Assembly: GCA_951406725.2 (NCBI GenBank)
Contig: OX597816.1
Location: 104,656,001 to 104,720,000 of the forward strand
Length of the DNA stretch: 64,000 nt
DNA from: Octopus vulgaris
Taxonomy: Eukaryota
Direction of reading: 5' to 3'
In this document: positions 14,040-27,200 of the stretch, piece after piece
Layout of the letters: every line of letters starts with the position of its first letter
Position numbering within the stretch: the first letter of the stretch is position 1
Position numbers and translations under genes: made by a program
Notes under the pieces: generated by a model
What the model was told of the DNA's origin: nothing
Databases searched by the model: none
What the model saw: the letters and a program-made list of their open reading frames with translations, nothing else

Positions 14040-15709
14040 CGCTTTGCTTAATTTAAGCTTTTTAGATACATTTTCTTCACGTTACAAACTTGCAGGTCGT
14101 TTCATTGGAAACATATCAAGAGAAGTCTATTTTTTCCTGCCTTTCAAAATGCGCCAGAGCAGTGACATTAAATAAAGCATCTAGATGATATGTAGCTACT
14201 TTTTCAGGATGATATTTTTCTAGCTTCAGAAGCATACTGCCACATTGCCAATACTACCTCGTAGAGATAACCATTTCCGCTACACCATCCTCCCCGGGTA
14301 ACGTATCTCTTCCACCGCGTCCGAATGCTGATGCTCCTGAATCTGCAAGCCATATGCCATCAGCTCCTTTGAGTATTCCTCGAGGAAATCGTTAATATCC
14401 CCCATCGTGAACCTCGAGGCCCATGAACTTGCCAAAAGGCACTATCTTCTCCACTACAGGTGTCTCATCTCAAACCCCATGAAGTCGCTTTCGGACACGC
14501 AGTCAGGCCTCGTTACATCCTGCTAGGCCATCTCGATTATTTTCAGGCAGTTAACAATGTTGTAATGTTCCTTCCAAAACTGGTCCGAAGATAAGGTTCA
14601 CCCACACGGTGAGGAATTGCCTGGTGACCCAGGCTTTAGCGTTTGCTCTCCACATGACCTGCAGCTTCTTCAAGATTTTGTGCGAGCTGAACTCACGTGG
14701 GTTTTGGGAATCTTCAAGTCTCGTGGGCTTTCTGAATCTTCAAATCTCTACTTAATCTTCAGGTCTTTACTCGTATTGGCACTAAGGGCGAAAGTTAGCC
14801 TACCTTTCATAGGCTTGTGGCTTGGCGTTTTCTTCTCCTCTATAGTTATGTAGGTTTTTCTGGGCATTTTCTTTTCCAAAAATGGTCAGTTTCATCACAT
14901 TTGAATATCTGTTGTGCGATGTAGCCCTCCGTTGCGATGAGCTGACAGAATTCACGAAATCCTCAGCTGCCTTCGTGTCAGAACTTGTTGCTTCTCCATA
15001 CCTTACGACGCTATGAACACCAGTCCGCTTCTTGAAATTATCGAACAGCTGCGACTGGACTTAAATAGTGTTCTGCTTCAGGAGATCCCCATATAGCGCT
15101 CGTGCTTTCTCGCAGATAATGGTCACCGTAATCCTATCCCCTGCGAGATGCTTCTCGTCGATCCACAGGGAAAGCAATTTTTCCATCTCTTCGTGGATAG
15201 ATGTGCGTTGCTTAGAAAGCCTTGAGATATCTTTAGCTGTTGTAACGGCCTTGGTCTCGTCTTTTTACTTCAAGATGGTGCAGATAATCTAGGTTCTTCG
15301 GTTGTATTGATGTGCTACGTCCACTACATGCATTCCTCTCTGGTGTTTATCAATAATTTCCTTCTTCAATTCTATCGTAATCAACTTTTTTCTTCTTCTC
15401 AACACTGTCCTTTGCACTAACCTTCTTTGGACCCATGGCTAACACAACTAATTATTATAAAGTAATAGCAAAAACTCACAAAACTAAAAAAAATACTGAA
15501 ACCAATACAACAGGGATACTGCGACAGGGTAAGTTCGCGAACTAAGCGAGCAAAGTGTGCGCTTGGTGGGAGAGCGTGTGCAGACTCAGCACCGCCTAGC
15601 GGTCGCTTATATGAAACTCACTCGTACTTCAAGACAAAACTTCGCATGTGCCTCGGTTCGTATAGCAAATTACTCTTACTATGGGGCACTCGTACTGCGA
15701 GGCTCTGCG

Positions 15710-15712
<3 letters not shown>
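14040..15712 (-). mobile_element. Degenerate, internally deleted Tigger/pogo transposon (TIGD1-like transposase pseudogene)
   Basis: Minus strand from ATG 15436 reads MGPKKVSAKDS...ITIELKKEIIDKHQRG...EEMEKLLSLWIDEKHLAGD...IICEKARALYGDL...DNFKKRTGVHSVVRYGEATSSD (CENP-B-type HTH) and C-terminal ILKGRKK*TSLDMF, with stops and frameshifts. Tigger-like terminal sequence near 15690-15712. Confidence 0.9.
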
Positions 15713-15782
<70 letters not shown>

Positions 15783-17301
15783 CAAACGAGTGACAAAGGA
15801 AAGGTGCTTTTAATAATATATGTAGTTGGAGTTACATTATTTAAAACAGTTTGATTAGATTCTATGATGCAAACACACACACTCACACACATGCGTGTCT
15901 GCGTGCGTGATACAGAGAATGTGCAGCTAGGTAGGTAGGTATGGCTATGTGATTAATAAGTTCACTATCAGGTACAGGTTTTGATCTCCCAGCGTGACAC
16001 CTAGGCAAATACATTCTTGTATAGGTTTGGGCCCACCAAAGTGAAATTTGGTAGTAGAAAGCTGAGAAAAAACCTAGTAGAGAAGCCTTACTTTAAATCG
16101 TCGCTCTGTTTAACATCACCACTTCACTCGTATTTAAATTTAACGGAGTCCTCTCGGTAGTAATTCTGTAGGCGAGATGTATAGTGTGGGGTTAACTTTC
16201 TTTCTTCCCACAAATCAAACAAATTCCGCATAAAAGTCTCGTGATTTGCCCTTTTCTCTATTCCCGTGTCATTAAATGAAACTCAGCCGCAGTGATTTTG
16301 ACATTCTTGGAAAGTTGACTTTTCGTGTAGCTTACTGGTCAAAACTTATGACCAATCATTTAGTCGAATTGTTGATTCAAAAAGTGAAAATGATCATTAT
16401 CAGCATGAGAACCAATAAAGTATATTCTAATTTGTCTAATCTAACACCTCATATCGTTAACTTGGCGAAATAAATGGATAATTAGATGGGTAGCGGTTAA
16501 TTTAGTGTTCTCCTTCTATTTTCTGTTATGCATGATGTTTGAGTAGACAGTTGGTTAATTAGTGAAGTAGTGTAGGGTTCATCTAAACTGATTAAACAAC
16601 CAATAAATTAATTATAATGGCTTATACATCATATATCAATGAATTTAAAGGTACGGATTGGTAAGTTCGGCAATAAATCATTTCGATTACAGTTGTCAAA
16701 GAGAATAAAAGAAGGAAATTCTGGCGGATAAATAGGATGTTTTAATCAGAGTCGCTTAAATTTGCAGTGATTAGCAACAAGATTGTTCCTCGCTCATATC
16801 ACTCCACCCCGAGCGCTTTGGTCGACCTTAAGGAATATGTGTCAGATTATATGCTAATAAATCTTTTTTTCTTTCCTTTTCTAACATTGTCACCTCACCG
16901 ATCTGATGGCATAGACTACGTAAAACATTAAATTTCAGAGCTGGTTTTATTTTTTCCCTTCAGGAATTTGAAATAAGTGAAGTTGTTTAAATTAAAAATT
17001 TATTCCAAAGTTTGTGATGAAGTTCAAAAGGTTTACTTTACAGTTCCATAAATCATAAAAGTGCTGACGATATTGTTGATAGTGGGGCCAATATGCTGAC
17101 AATAATAATGTAGCATACTGTGTTTTGAATCACATCAGGCATAAGTTCAGATCTTCAACTATAAGGAGATTGTAATTTCTTATATGGAAACTGGAACTAT
17201 TATAGTTTAAGGAGTTTCATGTTTAAGTGTATAAGCTGCCATAACACATACACACTCACACACACACACACATACACACACACACACAAACACATATACA
17301 G

Positions 17302-17336
<35 letters not shown>

Positions 17337-17879
17337 AATCTAAATTGTTTTGCTGAATTTATATATGTATGTATGTATATATGTATATATATATATACAT
17401 ATCTTATATCATATATAATAATCTGCTTTTTCTTTCGCCCGTTATAATTTAGTAATATTACAGATGAGGAGGTGGAGTGAGTGAGAGTGGAGTAAAAGTG
17501 ACAGAGAGAGGGGAGAATGAATATGAGTAGAGGTGAAAGAAGGGAGGAGTATAATGATAAACTAAGGCTAAATGTACCACGTGGTTAGTTGAAAGGAAAA
17601 GCGAAGAGCGAGAGAAAAAGGTGGTGAGAGAAAAGAGGGAGAAAGAAATGTTAATGACGAGTGGAGAGGGAAAGGTAAAGAGAAAGAGATAGATTAAAGA
17701 AAAGTAGATAGAGATGGACAGGGGAGGCAGGTACATTGAGAGAGAGAGAGAGAGAGAGAGAGAGGCAAAGAGTGTTTGCCTAGTCAGAGTAAAAATACAT
17801 CGACAGCAAGAAAAGGTAGATATTAATTGAAAACTATAGTGATGATGATATTGGTAGTGGTGGTGAGGGGGTTTCATAG

Positions 17880-18965
17880 TGAATTTTCGCTTCGCATGTT
17901 TCACCCAGGATCGTTGGAAAATTGTTTGGTGCTTTGGACAAATGTTTTTCTAAATCTAGTCGATATCATGCTATTTTTAATCCGCACACCGTGAAGGTAT
18001 CTTACGCTAACGCTGCTAATTTAGAGCAGCTTATGCCCCACAAAAACAATAGTAAAATATTTCAATAACCCACTTACTAGATCTAGAGCACACGTGCATT
18101 TAAATATCACCAAAGGAGAGGTAAGCCGCAATGAAAAACACCAATTACGGCTAAATTGTAATAGTAGAAACGTTTATGATATAGCTAACACTGTAATAAC
18201 GTCGGAAAATGAAGTTAGAACTGCCAAATATACAAATAAATATAATACATGCTCATGTAGAGAAAAATCAAAATGCCCATTGATGAACCTTTGTATGAAT
18301 ACAAGTCTCGTATATAAATGTACCGGGCACACAAGGGGAGAGGCGTGTGTTTACATTGGGCAGGCGGCTGATTCATTTAAAAATCATTATCACAACCATT
18401 CTACCAGCTTTAAGAGAATCAATAAGACACATTCAACATCTTTAACCGATTTTGTATGGCGACTGAAGGAAGATATAATTAAGTACAACATAACTTGGTC
18501 CATAGTAAGGCACGCAAAACCATACAATATCATTTCCAGGGGATGTCAGCTCTGCTCCAAGGAATCCCTGTCAATCCTGTGGACCAATGAGAAGATCATT
18601 AATAGAATTTCTTAAATACTCTCAAGATGACTACACGCATATAAATGTACTTTCACACAATGCAGTGGGAATGAATTTCAGTACCTGTTAACATAATTAC
18701 TTTAAGGTATGGATGAATCAAGTTTAGTTTTAACCTCCCCATTCTTATAAACATCAACTAGGTATTTAACTCGCTTTGTAATCGTGAGTGCACCAAGCCA
18801 CACGTGTGCATATGCTTACCGTTCCGCGGATGCTTGTATGAGCGAGTGTGCACGAGACATGCAACTTGCTCGAGGGTGTTTATACATTCACATCTGTTAA
18901 CGGTTATTTTTAATAATAAACTTATTTTAATAATAAAGTATTTCGTATATTCCATCTTAATTTAC
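17880..18965 (+). mobile_element. Penelope-like element 3' remnant (GIY-YIG endonuclease) with pLTR tail ending at (TA)n
   Basis: ORF 18094-18615 contains CSCREKSKCPLMNLC...LVYKC...VYIGQAADSFKNHYHNHSTSF...WSIV...CQLCSKE, typical of Neptune-type PLE GIY-YIG domains. Upstream FNPHTVKVSY linker motif. Confidence 0.85.
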
Positions 18966-18976
18966 TACCATATATG

Positions 18977-19012
<36 letters not shown>

Positions 19013-19093
19013 ACCGTGTTTTTCTGACGTGAATTTGCTACCCGGGTATCGGTTAACCGAATTATCCATACTAGGATAATTCATTCAACTACT

Positions 19094-19253
<160 letters not shown>

Positions 19254-19586
19254 AAGGCGCATAGCTCAGTGGTTAGAGCGTCGAGCTTACGATCGTGAGG
19301 TTGTGAGCTCGAATGCCGGACGGGGCTGCGTGTTGTGTTCTTGAGCAAGGCACTTTATTTCACGTTGCTCCAGTTCACTCAGCTGTAGAAATGAGTTGCG
19401 ACGTCACAGGTGCCAAGCTGTATCGGCCCTTGCCTTTCCCTTGGACAACATCGGTGACGTGGAGAGGGAGGCCGGTATGCATGGGCGACTGCTGGTCTTC
19501 CATAAAACAACCTTGCCCAGACTTGTGCCTCAGAGGGTATCTCTCTAGGTGCAAACCCATGGTCAGTGCCTGACCGAAGGGGGTCT
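19254..19586 (+). mobile_element. tRNA-derived SINE
   Basis: Pol III A box TAGCTCAGTGG and degenerate B box, followed by TTGTGTTCTTGAGCAAGGCACTTTATTTCACGTTGCTCCAGT, which is shared with 58477-58712. Confidence 0.8.
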
Positions 19587-19849
19587 TTTATATATATGGT
19601 ATTTTTATATACGTTTAAAGTTTATGGCGATCACCATGCAAGGAAACCGATTTCATTACACAATATTTTAATAAGGAAAAGCAATAGAAAATTCCAGCTA
19701 AGTCACAAGTATTTACTGACAATCAACTTTTATTTCCTTTCTTATAAGTGTTCAATGTGCCACGTCCTCACATTGTTTTTCCTTGCTTGTTCATGTTTGG
19801 ATTAACTATATATATATATTTGTTTAATGGTCACAATGCATATCTTCGG

Positions 19850-19900
19850 GCGCAACCAATGGTTTCACGCTCTGAAAATCCAAGCACGTTCTTCAGGCGC
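19850..19900 (-). ncRNA. Minimal type I hammerhead ribozyme motif
   Basis: Minus strand: GCGC-CUGAAGA-ACG(UGCUUGGAUUUUCAGAG)CGU-GAAA-CCAUUGG-UU/GCGC. Stems I, II and III all pair; cleavage triplet GUU. Confidence 0.7.
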
Positions 19901-20020
19901 AGACCACACTTCGTGTTGAACCTTAAATATGGAGTGGTTCTAAAGTTCTTAGTTCAGCACGGGGAGTGGTCTGCGCCTGAAGAACATGTTTGGATTTTCA
20001 GACACGTGAAACTATTGACC
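19850..20020. repeat. Diverged fold-back of an HHR-containing PLE-type pLTR
   Basis: ~19857-19921 and ~19952-20017 are imperfect reverse complements with a ~30-bp spacer; flanked by (TA)n. Confidence 0.8.
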
Positions 20021-22738
20021 CTCACCAGATGGATTGCTCTCTTTGTTGTATTATACCACGAACCAATACATTATATATATAAGGAGAGAGAAAACAGAAA
20101 AAATATAAATTTATGTTAGTTCATAAAATAGTTAATTAAATAAATTATGAAGCAATTCTTTTGTTTTCCCTTTATATCCTTTGTGATCATTCTATGATGA
20201 CATGTGAAAGGAATTCTTATACACGAGTTCTCTTCGCGCGCACATACACACACACACATACACTCACACACACACATACACTCAAACACACACACACACA
20301 CATACACTCACACACACACACACATACACTCACACACACACGTACACTCACACACACATACACACAAACACGTAGCAGCTTAGAACATCTCGTGATTCGT
20401 ACAAATGTGTTGAAATATAATGAGGATATGATGCAAGTAAAGCGAACCTGAAAACATGAACGTATACGAAACAGATACGTTAACTACTAATGATTTCTGC
20501 AAAGTCTCTATGAATGGTTTCTCCTATCATCAGCCTGAGGCGTAAAGATAGCGTTCGGTCAGTTAGCCACCCGTTTATCATTGTAGAGATCCTTATTCGG
20601 CATTCAACTGAGCGAAATGAAAGGATGAGTGGGCTGTGAACTAGAGTTTATTCCGGATATATTTAGAAATTATGTAAGGCCTGAAAAGGATTAATGATTT
20701 AGAAATAAGTGTTAAAACATATAATTTTACAGAATGAACAAAATATTTGCATACAAGGCTATATAACACGCGCTGCATATTGCATGCCTTACTTCATAAA
20801 AATCTTAAATGATCAATTAAATAGTTCAATGGAATTATAAAATTTCAGAGTTACGATTATCGTCTATGAGATAGAGATGAAACAGAAATTTTTAAAACTA
20901 CTATAAAAAAACACACTCATACAGATACAGAGAGACATAACACACACACACACTCGTTTACATACGTGTGTGTGTGTGCGTGCGCGCGCGTGTGTGCGCG
21001 TGCGCGCGCGTGTGTGCGCGTGCGCGCGCGTGCGCGCGCGTGTATGTGCATATCTGTGTGTCTGTGTTTGCGTGTTCGTGTGTGTGTACGCGCATGCATT
21101 TATGTGTGAGGACTTCTGGCTTGATGCTCCGATGTGCATGTGCTGTACCACGAATAGTCGAACTCTAATCCGTGGCGAAGACAACTAAACTAGGAGATGG
21201 ATAACTGTAATACAAAATACTGATGTATGTCGTTCATGGTGCTTATGGCAAACACTTGTACTCACTTTCAGCGATCCGCATTTCCAAAAAGTGCTGTTGC
21301 TATTTCTACACAAGCCTTCACCTCTGTAAAGAAATCAAATTTGTTGGTAATTTAACAACTATAATATTTGTTGTTAGACAATCATACATCGAAGCCGGTG
21401 GGCGAATCCGCTGTAGAGATGTTTAGGTGTACATTCGACATTTCTCATTTAGGGATGCAACGTTTCAATGCTTTTAAATAATAATAGTTAGAAAAAATAG
21501 ATACGATATATAAGCACTTAGGTTTCTTACTTCAGTAAATTCATATTATACACACATTTCTAAATGAAAAATTATAACAAAAAATGCATTTATCATTCAG
21601 AGAAAAATTCCACAGACAACTAGTAACTGCGAGTCAAGTATAAACAATTCTTATTTCTCATTTCAATTTTAGATTTAAATTTCCTGTAGATACTCAGTCA
21701 CTAAACTATAGAATGATGTGATTAATCCAATATGATAACAGACATGAAAGCTACCGGCTGTTTTTCTTCTACTGTTCATATAATACGAACGATTAACAGT
21801 AAGACATTCCTCTAATGTCTGGGACTTCAGACATTTCCATTCTTTTGTATTCATTTCCAATTTTTGTCTTTCACGTTTTCAATCAATCAATCCTGGAGTT
21901 CTCTCGATGCCTAGAAATTATTTACTTGCGAGCCATCTCTTCTTCCTGTTCGTGTATATCTCTTACAATGGTCAGCATGCTAGAACGGGTGATTGATAGT
22001 TGTTATTGTTGTTGTTGTTTTTGTTGTTGCTGTTGTTGTCATTGGTGCTGCTATTGGTGTTGTCAACGATGATGAAGCTGGAAGTTGTAATGGTGAAGGT
22101 GTTGCTGGTGGAATATATCTAGGAATTACCGTTTACAACTGAATTCAGTTTTCATAAGTTTTTGCCATTTCAAATGAGCGTAACGGAAAATATCACATGG
22201 CTTCTCTTTTTTAACATCAACACACATGTACTACTAATTGTTATTGTTGCCTTTAAACGCCATACCGACCCTTACTTAATAGATGTATAATCAACTACTT
22301 TCTATCCGTAACCATCTCTCTTTTGGTAGTACATCGTGCAATTTGTCCTTTTGGTTTATTTGAGGTTTATTTGTCTGCTACGCATAGTCTTAGTTTGTAT
22401 TTTAATGAAACATGTGTTTTAGAAACGTTAATCAGGTTTGCTTTCATAGAACATTTTTAAACGTATAAACGTATAAACTGTAACTACTGAACTGATTTTT
22501 ACCTATCCTAGGGGTTTAGAACGTAACACCCGCAATAGTCGACTTATGGTATACACATACATACGCACATACTTGTTTAAACATACATACATATATTATA
22601 TATGTGTGTGTACTGACCTTTTATATACTATAATTTATATAATAACATTATGTATAACATCATATACTACCTACTTTCTGTCTATATTAATGCATGGCTA
22701 TCACAGTAATTTACTTTTTGTATTTGGTGTATCTATGT

Positions 22739-22859
<121 letters not shown>

Positions 22860-22976
22860 ATTAGAAAAATTACATCATAAAATACACAGTAGAAATACGT
22901 CCACAATATAAATAATATTGTATCAATAAATAAATATATGAAGTTTAACTATGATTATTTAAAAAGGTTTGAGATA

Positions 22977-23065
22977 TCCTACGGTCGTTTCATGAACGTA
23001 TTACTTTTCGAAATGAAATCCAAAATTGATAATCATTATTAGGTATTACATCCACTCATCAGAGA
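22977..23065 (-). ncRNA. Type I hammerhead ribozyme motif with long stem II
   Basis: Minus strand: UCU-CUGAUGA-GUGGAUGUAAUAC...GUAAUACGUUCAU-GAAA-CGACCG-UA/GGA. Intact core, ~12-bp stem II, near-palindromic stem III, GUA site. Confidence 0.65.
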
Positions 23066-23414
23066 AAAGGATAAATTTCCGTGTAGTCAATCGAATGAAA
23101 GTGATGCTATTTAAAATCATATGATTATCAATTTTAGAATTTATTTCGAAAGGTAATATCTCAGACCTTTTTAAATAATTCTAGTAATACTTTATATATT
23201 TATTTATTAATACAATATTATTTATATTAAGGACGTATCTCTACTGTGATTTTTATGATGTGATTGTTCCTGCTTCTATTTTCTAATATATAATCGCTCT
23301 AATTGAATCTCTAAATACCTTTAAGGTTTAAGACATTTTTCATATTAAGAGCACTTATCTCAAATAATCCAGTACATTTCATTCTCAAAGGATATTTTTG
23401 ATTAACTATATATA

Positions 23415-23610
23415 TAAAGGAAAGTTAACGAAAATAAACACAAAACGAAGGCAGGTGGAGTACAAACAAACAAATGTATTAGTATAGCGCTCAGTAATAG
23501 AAAAAGTCATTTACGTTTCGAGCCTACGCTCTTCGACAGAAAGATACACAGAAAAAAACATGGGGAGAAAAAAGGAGAGAAAAAAAGGAGACAAACAAAA
23601 GGAGAGAAAA
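23415..23610 (-). mobile_element. PLE-type pLTR fragment between (TA)n tracts with a variant minimal HHR (23506-23545)
   Basis: Minus strand UCUUU-CUGUCGA-A-GAGC-GUAG-GCUC-GAAA-CG-UA/AAUGA. GAAACGUA with a palindromic ACGU stem III is the PLE minimal-HHR signature; the core carries A6U. Confidence 0.5.
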
Positions 23611-23762
23611 TATATATATGTGTATATATATATATATATATATGTATGTATATATATGTATATATATATATACATATATATATATATACATATATACATA
23701 CATACATGCATACATAGGTACATACATACATATCTATATCTATATATATCTATCTATATATC

Positions 23763-23793
<31 letters not shown>

Positions 23794-24551
23794 TTGTTAG
23801 AACTGTTGTTCATACACTTGTTAGTGCATTATTTGTTTGTAATGTAATTATTTAATTATTTTATATATTCATGTGAAAATCAGTATTTTCCTCCATGTAT
23901 GTCATTTACTTGAAGCTCTTGCACTGTTCCATACAAATCCAGCTGGGCACTATTAATTCTGAATTTAACACAACTAGGCAGAGCATATTTATATACGTTT
24001 TTGATCTCATTCATTTTCTATCGTTTTATATTATTCTTTTATCTTTTATGTCTGCTAATTAATTCTCTACGTTGGTGTTACTAATCAACTTCAGATATGA
24101 TTATAGAAAGATGAGACAGATTCGTTTTCTTCGAAAGAAATATCTGACATATATACGCGATCGCAAACAATAAGCCGCATCAACACATTTAAATGAACAC
24201 AAAAACGTACACAAACATATAGAAAAATATAAGCATAACAAAAATTAATGTATGTGTGTGTGTAGTATATATGTGTAAATGTGCGTGTATGCAGGTGTGT
24301 GCATGTGTGAGCATAGATATCAACATACATGCATTCACCAGATATTCAAAGAAACAATATATGAAAATGAACATTATATACACATAAATATGTGTGTGTG
24401 TATACCTTATACACACATGTTCATATACCGATATATATACGCGCTAATATGTGATGTAAGCATATGCTTTTGCAGATGTCATCGTGTGTACATTTATATA
24501 TACATATATATATGCACACACATACTCACGCATACACACACTCGCACATCC

Positions 24552-24627
<76 letters not shown>

Positions 24628-24676
24628 GTATTATGTATGTATGTATATATATATGTATATATATATATATATATTA

Positions 24677-24900
24677 GAAGAAATGAGGTACTCAGAAAAT
24701 CGGATGGTTTATATTTACAGATATTTATTTGTATATTACATTTTTTATATATATCATATCACTTAGATCATTAGCGCTTTCTCCCATTCTAGTGGGGTTT
24801 TCAAATGCAGTATATTCTCCGTGTTTTCCCACGCAGGAAAAAATATAGGAAAGATGGTTTGGGATAGGAGCTAAAAATGCTCCTGAGTCCTAAAACGTGT
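24677..24900 (-). mobile_element. PLE-type pLTR fragment with a degenerate minimal HHR (24769-24807)
   Basis: Minus strand CAU-UUGAAAA-CCCCACUAGAAUGGGA-GAAA-GCGC-UA/AUG; 3' end abuts (TA)n. Confidence 0.45.
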
Positions 24901-25149
24901 GGTCGTTTTAAAATTTTTTAAATGCAAAAGAGGATTTGATAATATTTTGCTTTTCATTACTAAATGAAAAGGAAAATGTTTAGGAGAGATTGGAGATAGA
25001 ATGGAAAATCCGGAAGATATACTTAAAAGATCAATTGTTCATAAAAATTCCAAGTTTCACTAAATTTCGCAAAGACAGATAGTTCAAATGTTTGATGAAA
25101 TTCATTACAGTCACATATGATTAAAAGGGAATTAGTGTGGCTCCCTACG

Positions 25150-27200
25150 GACACGTCTCACAGACTGTCAATAGACAGCCCACAGAACCATGTCCATCAG
25201 TAGCATGAAAGAAGATGCACCATAGGAACATTAGAGTGGAAAAACTCCTCAATGCGCACATGGGAATGTGGGGCAACATACACCAACCTAAGAAATGGAC
25301 TGCAAACAAATTCCAAGCTTCCAACAATGATGTTCATACACTACACGGGTTACACAAAGACCATACACCCTACATAAACTCCGTCGTAGGGCCCCCAACC
25401 CGACCAGTTTACGGAGCGAATATCTCCAGCAATTATAGACTGCCCTATTTCCTCTCACAGGTATTACGACCTCTCATAAAAATGTCCAGAGATGTTGTGT
25501 AGTGGATAGTATGGATGTGATTTCACTCTACTCATCTATGGGCATAGATTTTGCCGTGGAGAAATTCATTAAGATAATTTGTGAAGGTGAAGTAGAGTTC
25601 CGTGAAGTCAACACGAGGGATCTGGGCCTCGTCCTTAGACGAAGCTACGATAGTGACTATTCAAACGACCATGACCTCAGTAGATTCTGCCTCACCGAGT
25701 CACAAAGAGGAAAATCACCCACCTTCACCTCAACAGTGAAGAAAAGCACCGCAGAGCTCTGTAGTGGCTGGGCCGTGCCCACCCGAGTCCCCGAGGACAA
25801 CAGCCAGGTGAAAGGAATGACTGCACATGCAACAGAGGCTAGCGTAAGAACCACATTGAAGAACCACATAGTAAAGTTTAAAAAGAGACTATACATTCAG
25901 GTTCAAGGTGCAGTCATTAGTGACGGTGTATCTGGAGATGTGACCGGCCTCTTCATGACCTGGTGGGGCAGAAAACTTAGGCAATCCTTAGCAGAACAGT
26001 CCACAATTCTTCTACTTTACAGTAGGTATGTAGACGACATTAATATCCAAGTTAAAACCAACTCTTGTAACGGTAATGTAGAAACTGAGAGGTACATAAT
26101 GGAGAGCATCTAGCAAGTAGCTAACCTTATCCATCAAAGCATCAAGGTAACAATAGATTACTCCACAAGACACCCTAACAATAGACTCCCCGTCCTTGAT
26201 TCTGAATTTTGGTTAGAGACTGTGAATAACTGAGTGCAGCTCCTCTACTCCTATTACATGAAACCCATAGCTTCAAAATATGTTGTTCGCAAGAGCTCGG
26301 CTCTGTCACACAACATGAAAATTAACATACTGAAAGCAGACTTAGTTAGGATAATGAACAATGTGTCCTCAGTATGCAAACCCTATGAAACGAAGAAACG
26401 TGCAAAGCAATTCTCTGGATATGATCAGAAAGATAGGGTTTGAGTACACAGGGGTGCTAGAAAGAAGTTAGATAAATATTTTGATTCGGGAGACGCCCAG
26501 AGTTCCGGGTAATTGAATTCCTGATAATATCATTTGTTTGTCGATTGTATATGTTAAAGATAGTATATGTAATGAAACCAATGGTACTTGCCCTAGATAT
26601 AGAAACAAAACTGGAATAGAATACAAAGAGATTGTGACAAAGCAAACAGATTGAACACTTAGTATAAAACCGAAAAATACCAAGGAGTGATGTTTGTAGA
26701 GGCCACAACCCATGGAGAACTAGCCCGTAGATTTTGGAAAGCTCTGAATGATACCAAACTCAACAAGATTGTTGAAATGCCAGGGAACTCCAGTAGATAA
26801 CAGCTGTGTAGGACGTACCCCTTTTAGAATGCCATTTGTAACAATCGTAACCGCACGTTATGTATGGTTAGCCCTGACATTAACTGTAGAAGTAGACATG
26901 TAGTCTACGGCATAATATGCATAAGATGCATCGAAGGTACTCGTAAAGGCATTAACCTGACATATATAGGGGCGATATCTAGGAGCATTGCGGAAAGACT
27001 AAATGAAACACTTGAGACAATATGATGACAAAAAACCGTCCTTCATATTCTACCAACATGCCAAGGACCAACATGGAGGCATCCTGGGTCAATTTGACAT
27101 CCGCATTTTATCCAAGCACCCAATGGACCCAACCCTCAGATAAATACAGGAGTATGTCCTCATAAATGAAACAACCCCAGTACTAAATAGGAAATATACG
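25150..27200 (+). mobile_element. Degenerate Penelope-like retroelement (RT + GIY-YIG pseudogene)
   Basis: LHGLHKDH, TRPVYGAN, SMDVISLYSS (motif A), YIQVQGAVI (motif B), YSRYVDD (motif C), LPVLD, YYMKPIAS, then a Cys-rich linker and VVYGIICIRC...YIG. Many stops and frameshifts. Confidence 0.88.

Noticed and set aside
19254-19325. tRNA gene
   Set aside because: No full cloverleaf, and it continues into a SINE body; the same applies to 58477.
20505-20535. Minus-strand CTGATGA-TAGGA-GAAA
   Set aside because: No stem II or stem I pairing; likely a chance match.
21940-22120. Poly-T/N/Q low-complexity coding exon on the minus strand
   Set aside because: Degenerate (CAA)n repeat with early stops in all frames.
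25150-27200. Selenocysteine (UGA) read-through as in Naiad PLEs
   Set aside because: Interruptions include TAG and frameshifts, consistent with ordinary decay.
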